Positions 57,329 to 64,000 of a stretch of DNA of 64,000 bases are shown here, piece after piece. Within the stretch, counting starts at the first letter, position 1; the number at the start of each line of letters is the position of its first letter. Source of the stretch: Oscillospiraceae bacterium (GTDB lineage Bacteria > Bacillota > Clostridia > Oscillospirales > QAMX01); NCBI GenBank assembly GCA_015067825.1, contig SVLQ01000008.1, positions 777 to 64,776 on the forward strand. Direction: 5' to 3'. The position numbers and the translations under genes are program-made. The notes below the pieces were generated by a model. That model was not told the origin of the DNA and did no database searches. It saw only the letters and a list, made by a program, of their open reading frames with translations.

Positions 57329-58792
57329 TTATTTTTTGGGCGGCAGCGCATTCTTGTGCTCGGCGTAGATGCGGTCGGTCTCGGCGAGCAGCCGCAGGAG
57401 CGAACAGATTGCGTAGATGCTGACGGCTGGTGCGACAAAGGTGTGGCCGATCAGGAATCCGACAGCAAAGGCGATCATCGTTTGGTAGAGACTTGTGCAC
57501 CAAAGGAGCGATGCGAGGCACCCCTTTAGTGCCTTCAGAGCGCGCCGCAGCGCACAAGCGAGGAGTGAGAAAAAAGGTGCAGAAAAGAGCAGCAAACCGA
57601 TAATGCCATGGCGGTAAAGTACGGAAATAAAGTCCATTTCCACCGCAATTGCCACATTATAGCGGTAGCTCGGCTGCATTGTGTAGCCGAGGCCGGTGAG
57701 CTTTTGCACCATACCGCTTTCGGCATACTGGAAAAGCACGGAACGGCTGTTGCTCAATCGACTGCTCAAAAGCCAGTTGGCAATGCGGTAAATCTTGGCA
57801 TTGGTGGTCGGTCGGGCGGCGATGGTTGTCTGCGGCGTGGTTGTGGGTTTGGTCGTGGCCGGAGCAGTGGTGGTTGCCGGCGGCGCGGTCGCGCCGGTCT
57901 GTACCTGTACGTAGTGGAACCAAGGCAGACGCTCGGTCAGGTGCTGGCGCACCGGCGAGGTGAGGTAGAGTACAACGAGAGCGGCGATCATCAAAATTGC
58001 GGCACTCATGCGGAAGAGATGCAGCTTGTCGCGCGTGATTTCCAACCGGAAAACGCTCCAAAGCAGGAAGCAGATCAAATAGACCGCGATCCCCAGCAGC
58101 GCAGCTTTTGTTGCCAGATACGTGCCGGCAAATAGCATCAGTATAACCGAAATTGCACCGAGTGCGATGCGCGAAACGCGCTTGGCCCACGGCGATTCCA
58201 AAAGGCCGGTGTAAGCTGTTTTGTTCGTGAAATAGTAGCACACAAGCGGCGAGAGAATGAGCGTGATCGAAGAGATCTCATTGGCGGCGTAGAACCAACC
58301 GCAGTAACCGTTGCCGTTGTAGGACTGGAACGAGGTATCGGTAACGAAAGAGATGAAGATTGTCAGCGTGTAGAAAACGCCAATGGCCACGAGCGAACGG
58401 TTGGAAACGAGATAGCCAAATTCACGGTAGAGTGCCCAAAACGCCACCAAAACGCAGGGAAAATAGAAAACCTTGATCGTTTCCTTGAGGTTTGTGAACA
58501 AAACACCCATGCCACCCTGAGCAAATAACTGTACGAGCTGCACGGCAACAAACGCGATTACCGCCACGAGATATGCAATCACCAGCTTGCGCTTGGGTCC
58601 GCGGTAGAAAAAGAACGCGTAACAGCCCATAAACGCCAAAAAGAGCGCGCGTAGAATTACGCCGAATGTCACATCCATGCCGGCGCGCACCAAAAAGGAA
58701 GTGGTGATGTCGACGATTGGCTGCACAAGCATATAAATAAGGACGATCTTTCGGATCACATCGATCGAAAAGAGCTGTTTTAATTTTGCCAT
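57329..58792 (-). CDS. O-antigen ligase/polymerase (Wzy_C)-like membrane protein
   Basis: 487 aa with at least 10 predicted TM helices. An internal Thr/Pro-rich segment reads TGATAPPATTTAPATTKPTTTPQTT. The topology resembles the O-antigen ligase family. Confidence 0.6.
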   Translation of the reverse strand: MAKLKQLFSIDVIRKIVLIYMLVQPIVDITTSFLVRAGMDVTFGVILRALFLAFMGCYAFFFYRGPKRKLVIAYLVAVIAFVAVQLVQLFAQGGMGVLFTNLKETIKVFYFPCVLVAFWALYREFGYLVSNRSLVAIGVFYTLTIFISFVTDTSFQSYNGNGYCGWFYAANEISSITLILSPLVCYYFTNKTAYTGLLESPWAKRVSRIALGAISVILMLFAGTYLATKAALLGIAVYLICFLLWSVFRLEITRDKLHLFRMSAAILMIAALVVLYLTSPVRQHLTERLPWFHYVQVQTGATAPPATTTAPATTKPTTTPQTTIAARPTTNAKIYRIANWLLSSRLSNSRSVLFQYAESGMVQKLTGLGYTMQPSYRYNVAIAVEMDFISVLYRHGIIGLLLFSAPFFSLLACALRRALKALKGCLASLLWCTSLYQTMIAFAVGFLIGHTFVAPAVSIYAICSLLRLLAETDRIYAEHKNALPPKK

Positions 58793-58895
58793 ATCGAAAC
58801 CCCTTTACGAGTCGATTTGGAAACTCAGATTCCAAACCGAGATTCCACGCGCTCTTGGCGTGTGGGTGAACGTTGTTTTTGATGGTTCGCGTGGA

Positions 58896-59957
58896 TCAAA
58901 GCAGCGCTTCCAAGCGCTCGGTGATCATCTTGTTGTACCAGTCGAGCGGGTCGGGCGTTTTTTCGGTTTTTTCAAACCGCACCATCGCTTCAGTCATGTC
59001 GTCGTGGCCGCAGATGCCGTCGTTGTAGGCTTCCAGATGCTTCGGGATGAGCACGGGCAGCCCCAGTGCCTTCGCCTCCCACAAAACCATGCCCTGTCCC
59101 TCGTAGCGCGAGGTCAGAACGAAGCCGTCCATCTTCGCCATGTACGGGAACGGGTTGGACTGGTAGCCGAGCATCGTTACGGCATCCTCGAGCCCGAGGG
59201 TCGTAATCTGACGCGTGAGCGACTGACGCAGTTCTCCGTCGCCGATGAAATAGAGGTGCAGCTCGGGTCGGCGCGCGTACGCCTTGGCAAAATCGTCGAG
59301 CAGCAGGTCGTAGCCCTTGGCGTAGCACATGCGCCCAACCGTGCAGAGATTTATCTTTGTCGGGTCGGGCACGAAATCGACTTCGGCGGCGGCTTTGGCG
59401 TAGATCTCGGAAGTGTCGATGTAGTTGGGCACCACCGTGATCGGCTTGTCTTTGAGCTTGGCCTCTTCGGGGAAAACCGCGGCGCATCCGCCGGAAACTG
59501 CGGCAAACTCGTCAAAACGGTGGAACTTATCCTTGAAAAAGTGCCAGAGCAGGCGGAATTTCTTTTCGTAGCCCTTGCTCTTGCGCACGTCGGTGTGTAC
59601 CCAGCAAATGCGCTTGTCAGCCGGAACCGACAACGCATCGACGGCGCATTCGTTTTGATAGCTGTTGAAGTCGATGGCCGTGTCATAACGGAAGCCGGGC
59701 GCGGGCGCGGAACCGCGCTTTAAGCGGAAAACGAGCGGGAAGTAGAGGAACCGGAACCAGTAGGGGTAGGGCTTGCGGAAGTGGACGGTGACATTTTCGG
59801 GGAAATCCACGTCGTAGAAGATGTTTTTATCGTACAAATAGAGGTCAATCTCGTATTTTTCGCGGTCGAGGTTTGCGATCAGGTTCAAAAGCGATTTCTG
59901 AATCCCGCCGACCCAAAGCTCTTTTTGAAAGATCGCCAGTTTTTTTCGCTGTGCCAT
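58896..59957 (-). CDS. glycosyltransferase family 4 (GT-B, group 1)
   Basis: 353 aa. The C-terminal region, with DGFVLTSRYEGQGMVLWEAKALGLP (EX7E-type motif), is typical of GT4. Confidence 0.8.
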   Translation of the reverse strand: MAQRKKLAIFQKELWVGGIQKSLLNLIANLDREKYEIDLYLYDKNIFYDVDFPENVTVHFRKPYPYWFRFLYFPLVFRLKRGSAPAPGFRYDTAIDFNSYQNECAVDALSVPADKRICWVHTDVRKSKGYEKKFRLLWHFFKDKFHRFDEFAAVSGGCAAVFPEEAKLKDKPITVVPNYIDTSEIYAKAAAEVDFVPDPTKINLCTVGRMCYAKGYDLLLDDFAKAYARRPELHLYFIGDGELRQSLTRQITTLGLEDAVTMLGYQSNPFPYMAKMDGFVLTSRYEGQGMVLWEAKALGLPVLIPKHLEAYNDGICGHDDMTEAMVRFEKTEKTPDPLDWYNKMITERLEALL

Positions 59958-60175
59958 ACCGTCCCTCCTGTCTCACTGCGTGTGCATACTGCATTTATTA
60001 TAGCACAGATGCGCCCGTTGTGTCAATTCTGCGAAAAAAGCCGCAAAAAAAGTCGTTGCGGGGAAAAACAATATCGCGTTTTTGAAAAAAGTGTGCTATA
60101 ATATAAAATAAGATTTTCTGCGGCCGTTTTCGCCCGGAAAATGGGAGTTTACCCGCACGATAAGGGAGATCATCC

Positions 60176-61759
60176 ATGACCGACCGAACCATTGAGATTC
60201 TCGATACCACCCTCCGCGACGGAGCGCAAAGCGAGCAGCTTTCGTTTTCCGTCAAGGATAAGATCAATATCATCCACGCGCTCGACCGCGCCGGCATTGC
60301 CGTGATCGAAGCCGGCAACCCCGGAGCCTCGCCCAAGGATATGGAGCTTTTTGCGGCGATGCGCGACGAAACGCTCAAACATGCACAGCTTGCGGCCTTT
60401 ACGCCGACGCGCCGCAAAACAAACGACGCCGAAGAAGATCCGATGCTTGCCGCCGTCGTCGCGTGCGGCGCGCCGATTGCCTGCGTCTTCGGCAAGTCCT
60501 CGCGCGACCATACCGAAAAGGTGCTCGCCGTTTCCGAATCGGAAAACCTCGCCATGATCGACGATTCGATCCGCTATCTCCGCGCCAAGGGACTGCGCGT
60601 CTACTTCGACGCCGAGCACTATTTCGACGGCTACCGCGCCGATCCCGCCTTCGCGCTGACCACCGTCCGCACGGCGTTTGCCGCGGGCGCGGAGCAGATC
60701 GTGCTCTGCGACACCAACGGCGGCACGCTGCCGGCCGAGGTCGCCCGTATTGTCGGCGAAACGATTGCGGCCACCGGTGCGCCGATCGGCATCCATTGCC
60801 ACAACGACGCCGGGCTTGCCGTCGCGTGCAGCATGAGCGCGGTCGAAGCCGGTGCCAATCACGTCCAGGGGACGTTCCTCGGCTTCGGCGAACGCTGCGG
60901 CAATACCTGCCTGAGCACGCTGATCCCGAATTTGCAGCTCAAGATGGGCTGCCGCGTCGTCTCCGACGAAGCGTTGCGGCGATTTGCGCGTGAGGCCAAT
61001 CTCATTGCCGACGCCGCCGACCGCCGCCTCGACCGCGAGCTGCCCTACGTCGGGCGCAGCGCGTTCGCCCACAAAGCCGGTATGCACGTCGACGCCCATC
61101 TGAAGTTCCGCGGCGCCTACGAACACGTCGACCCCGCTGCCGTCGGCAATACCCGCCGTCTGCCGGTCAGCGAATTCTCCGGCCACCAGACGCTGGTGGC
61201 AAAGTACGCGCATCTGTTCCCTGAGGTCAGCCGCAACGCGCCGATCCTCGCGCGCGTCCGCGAAACGCTGAAGCAAAAGGAAGCCGAAGGCTATCAGTAC
61301 GAATCTGCCGAGGGGAGCTTGGAGCTGCTGATCCGCCGCGAGGTCGGATCCACGCGCGATTTCTTCGAGCTGATCGACTGCAAACTGATCGACCAGCTGC
61401 CTGTCCGCATCGGTGCGAGTGCTTCGGCCGTGGTCAAGATCCGCGTCGGCGATGCGGTCGAGCTGGCCGTCGCCGAAGGCGAAGGCCCCGTCCACGCGAT
61501 CGATACCGCCCTGCGCACCGCGCTCGGCCGCGTCTATCCCACCCTCGCCAACGTCCACCTCACAGCCTACAAGGTGCGCGTCCTCACCCCGCGCAACGCC
61601 ACCGCCGCCAAGGTGCTCGTCCTGATCCACTCGACCGACGGCGACCGCGAATGGTCGACGGTCGGTGTCTCTGCCGATATCATCAAGGCGAGCTACTATG
61701 CCCTCCGCGATTCCATCGAGCTCAAGCTCATCAACGACTGCGAACGCGGCGCACTTTGA
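60176..61759 (+). CDS. cimA: citramalate synthase (2-isopropylmalate synthase family)
   Basis: 527 aa. Contains the ILDTTLRDGAQS and HCHND motifs, and a C-terminal LeuA-type regulatory domain. Size and N-terminus are typical of CimA rather than LeuA. Confidence 0.7.
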   Translation: MTDRTIEILDTTLRDGAQSEQLSFSVKDKINIIHALDRAGIAVIEAGNPGASPKDMELFAAMRDETLKHAQLAAFTPTRRKTNDAEEDPMLAAVVACGAPIACVFGKSSRDHTEKVLAVSESENLAMIDDSIRYLRAKGLRVYFDAEHYFDGYRADPAFALTTVRTAFAAGAEQIVLCDTNGGTLPAEVARIVGETIAATGAPIGIHCHNDAGLAVACSMSAVEAGANHVQGTFLGFGERCGNTCLSTLIPNLQLKMGCRVVSDEALRRFAREANLIADAADRRLDRELPYVGRSAFAHKAGMHVDAHLKFRGAYEHVDPAAVGNTRRLPVSEFSGHQTLVAKYAHLFPEVSRNAPILARVRETLKQKEAEGYQYESAEGSLELLIRREVGSTRDFFELIDCKLIDQLPVRIGASASAVVKIRVGDAVELAVAEGEGPVHAIDTALRTALGRVYPTLANVHLTAYKVRVLTPRNATAAKVLVLIHSTDGDREWSTVGVSADIIKASYYALRDSIELKLINDCERGAL

Positions 61760-61782
61760 CGCCGCAGAAAGGGAGGAATACC

Positions 61783-62892
61783 ATGCAATACCGCGACTTC
61801 GGAAAAATCGGCAAGGTCTCTGCTTTGGGCTTTGGCTGTATGCGCCTGCCCACCCAGCCGGACGGCCATCTCGACGAGGAAAAGTCGATCGCACTTTTGC
61901 GCCGCGGCGCCGAGCTCGGTATCAACTACTTCGACACCGCCTATTACTACTGCCAGGAAGAATCGCAGTACGTCGTCGGCAAAGCGCTCAAGCCCATCCG
62001 CAACGACGTTTTGCTCTCGACCAAGCTCCCGCTGGGCGACACCGCCGACAAAAGTTTCTTCCGCACCACGCTGGAAGAGCAGCTTCGCCGCCTCGACACC
62101 GATTATATCGACGTCTACCATTTCCACGCGCTCAACAAAAAGAAATTCGACGAGGTCGTCCTCGCTAATGACATGATGAAAGATGCGCAAAAGGCGATCG
62201 ACGAAGGCCTCATCCGCCACATTTCCTTCTCTTTCCACGATAAACCTGAATATATCTCCGAAATTGTCGAGCGCGGCGAGATCTTCTCGTCGGTTTTGTG
62301 CCAGTATAACCTCCTCGACCGCGCCAACGAAGAGCAGATCGCCAAGGTCCACGAAAAGGGTCTGGGCGTGGTGATCATGGGTCCGGTCGGCGGCGGCAGA
62401 CTGGGTGGCTCGTCGATCTTCCCGGAAAAGGTCGACGCCGAATTTGCCGCCACGCCCGAACTGGCGCTGCGCTTTGTGCTCGGCAACCCCGGCGTTTCCT
62501 GCGCGCTGTCGGGCATGGAAAACCTCGACCAGCTCGAACAAAACGTCAAGGTCGCCTCCGATCCCGTGCCGATGACGGCGGAAACGATGGCCAAGGTGCA
62601 GGAGGCGCTCAAGGACCTCGAGCGCTTCAACGAGCTCTACTGCACGGGCTGCGGCTACTGCCTGCCGTGCCCCAAGGGCGTCGAGATCCCGCGCATTTTC
62701 CGCGCGTATAATATGGAAAACGTCTACGGCCTCACCGAGTACGCGAAGAAAACCTACGCCCGTCTCTCGGAAAAATCGGAAGCCGAGACCGCCGCTGCGG
62801 CGTGCGTTTCCTGCCGCGCATGCGTGAAAAAATGCCCGCAGAACCTCGATATCCCCGCGCTTTTGAAAAAAGCCGACGAAACGCTGAAGTAA
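61783..62892 (+). CDS. aldo/keto reductase with C-terminal 4Fe-4S-type cysteine clusters
   Basis: ORF 61651-62892 trimmed to MQYRDFGKIG (ATG 61783, GGGAGG upstream). AKR N-terminus, plus CTGCGYCLPCP and CVSCRACVKKCP motifs. Confidence 0.8.
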   Translation: MQYRDFGKIGKVSALGFGCMRLPTQPDGHLDEEKSIALLRRGAELGINYFDTAYYYCQEESQYVVGKALKPIRNDVLLSTKLPLGDTADKSFFRTTLEEQLRRLDTDYIDVYHFHALNKKKFDEVVLANDMMKDAQKAIDEGLIRHISFSFHDKPEYISEIVERGEIFSSVLCQYNLLDRANEEQIAKVHEKGLGVVIMGPVGGGRLGGSSIFPEKVDAEFAATPELALRFVLGNPGVSCALSGMENLDQLEQNVKVASDPVPMTAETMAKVQEALKDLERFNELYCTGCGYCLPCPKGVEIPRIFRAYNMENVYGLTEYAKKTYARLSEKSEAETAAAACVSCRACVKKCPQNLDIPALLKKADETLK

Positions 62893-62902
62893 AGAAAGTA
62901 AA

Positions 62903-62937
62903 AAGGCTGCCGCCGGTTTTCCGGTGGCAGCCTTTTG
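62903..62937. terminator. Bidirectional intrinsic terminator
   Basis: aaggctgccgccgg-tttt-ccggtggcagcctt, between convergent genes. Confidence 0.75.
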
Positions 62938-62950
62938 ATACGGTGATATT

Positions 62951-63508
62951 CTACTGCGCGAGTTCTTCCAGCGCGATTTCGATCTTGCGCAAATCCTCAA
63001 AGGTTTCGGGCAGTTTGCGCGGGTCGCGGAGGAGTGCGGCGGGGTGGTAGAGGGCGATCGTGCGGATGCCGTTGCGCTCAAACCACGTTCCGTGCTCGCG
63101 GCTGATCTTAAAATCCTCACGGATCATCTTCATGGCGGCGATGCGCCCGAGGCAGACGATGATATCGGGCGAAACCAGACGGATCTGGTTTTCGAGGTAT
63201 CCGATGCAGGCGTTCTGCTCCTCGGCAAGCGGATCGCGGTTCTGCGGCGGGCGGCATTTGACGATGTTGGCGATGTAAACCTCCGCGCGCTCCAGCCCGA
63301 TCGACGCGAGCATCGAATCGAGTAGCTGTCCGGCCCTGCCGACAAATGGCTCACCCAGCGCGTCTTCGCGTTCGCCCGGCCCCTCGCCGACAAACATCAC
63401 CCGCGCATTCTTGTCGCCGACCCCGAAAACCGGGTTGGTGCGTCCGGCATAGAGCGGGCAGTTTTTGCATTCGGCACAGGTTTTTTCCAGATCGTTCCAG
63501 TTGAGCAC
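62951..63508 (-). CDS. uracil-DNA glycosylase, family 4
   Basis: 185 aa with an N-terminal CxxCxxC region (CAECKNCPLY) and the GEGPG motif. Confidence 0.85.
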   Translation of the reverse strand: MLNWNDLEKTCAECKNCPLYAGRTNPVFGVGDKNARVMFVGEGPGEREDALGEPFVGRAGQLLDSMLASIGLERAEVYIANIVKCRPPQNRDPLAEEQNACIGYLENQIRLVSPDIIVCLGRIAAMKMIREDFKISREHGTWFERNGIRTIALYHPAALLRDPRKLPETFEDLRKIEIALEELAQ

Positions 63509-63581
63509 GGCGGATCCCTCTTTCCGACAGACTTTTTGTTATTATAGCAGACCGCCGGGCGCTTTGCAAGCGATCACGCGC

Positions 63582-64000
63582 TCAGTCGGCAAAAAAAGTC
63601 TCCTCCGTGCAAAAAAACTGCTGCGGCGCGTGGAAAGACCAGTGTTTTATTCGCCCGTTTGTGATATAATATGTAAAAGGTGCTGCCTCTGCGGGTGTGG
63701 TACGTGCGGTGATCTGGCCGGAAATTTCTCCGCGCAGGCGGTCGATTTCGTCCACGCGGAAAATAACCGCCTCACCGGTCCCGGCCCCAACGGCATCTGT
63801 GGCAGCGCGCGCGACGAGGTTGGGCGCAAGTTCCACGCGCCCGGGTGTTGCAGCCGTTCCGATGTAGCTGTGCCCCGGCAAAAATTCGCACACGAGCTCG
63901 TCAAAGGTGCCGAGCAGCTCCCGGTGCGTCAGCGTGATTTTGTGTACCTCGCGCTCGATACGCCAAACCGCACAGGGGATTTTCTGCCCGAGCCGAAACC
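63582..64000 (-). CDS. hypothetical protein, 5' end outside the window
   Basis: The reading frame of ORF 63582-63893 stays open upstream to the window edge (hand translation …FRLGQKIPCAVWRIEREVHKITLTHRELLGTFDELVCEF…). Function not recognised. Confidence 0.45.
   Translation of the reverse strand, partial: FRLGQKIPCAVWRIEREVHKITLTHRELLGTFDELVCEFLPGHSYIGTAATPGRVELAPNLVARAATDAVGAGTGEAVIFRVDEIDRLRGEISGQITARTTPAEAAPFTYYITNGRIKHWSFHAPQQFFCTEETFFAD

Overview
High-GC (about 60-65% by eye) Bacillota/Clostridia-type chromosomal window. All calls come from reading the sequence and the ORF track; no database search was possible.

Layout:
- 0-17 kb: glycan/xylose-utilisation neighbourhood. It holds an alpha-galactosidase-like GH, three lipoproteins (two with Thr-rich linkers), a GH3 enzyme, xylA, an AraC regulator, a GDPD, an aldose epimerase, a DHDPS/NAL-family lyase and a sugar-phosphate isomerase. 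An FMN-riboswitch-controlled ribU also sits here.
- 18.7-25.1 kb: origin-type housekeeping genes on the minus strand (ParB-like, rsmG, mnmG, mnmE), interrupted by a CDF transporter.
- 25.8-41.2 kb: a complete S10-spc-alpha ribosomal superoperon (rpsJ to rplQ, with secY, adk, map, infA, rpoA). The sub-60-aa genes rpmD and rpmJ were found by hand.
- 41.3-45.1 kb: a metallophosphoesterase, an SLH protein, dusB and tRNA-Gly(CCC).
- 45.1-51.7 kb: a lower-GC accessory islet directly downstream of the tRNA. It has an AT-rich XRE-TPR regulator bracketed by about 52-bp inverted repeats, followed by a four-gene cluster of mostly unknown function.
- 51.7-64 kb: a phosphoesterase-NUDIX pair, an orphan ORF, a 1047-aa protein made of about 26 Sel1-like repeats, a Wzy-like/GT4 pair, cimA, an Fe-S aldo/keto reductase and a uracil-DNA glycosylase.

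I found no CRISPR array, rRNA, transposase, integrase or recognisable defence system.

The most unusual signals are non-coding:
1. Two heptamer-plus-hairpin arrays (GTGAAAT/ATTTCAC). Every spacer is a flush self-complementary hairpin, which predicts a ladder of four-way junctions.
2. A mosaic family of GC-rich GTAGGGG-plus-hairpin modules, present twice in opposite orientation.
3. A dispersed 10-13-bp-arm palindrome, TTTGGAAAC-GCA-GTTTCCAAA, found in sugar-gene promoter regions and in a 96/119-bp tandem duplication.
4. A roughly 500-nt structured leader behind a consensus promoter upstream of rpsJ.
5. The IR-bracketed regulator cassette next to the tRNA.
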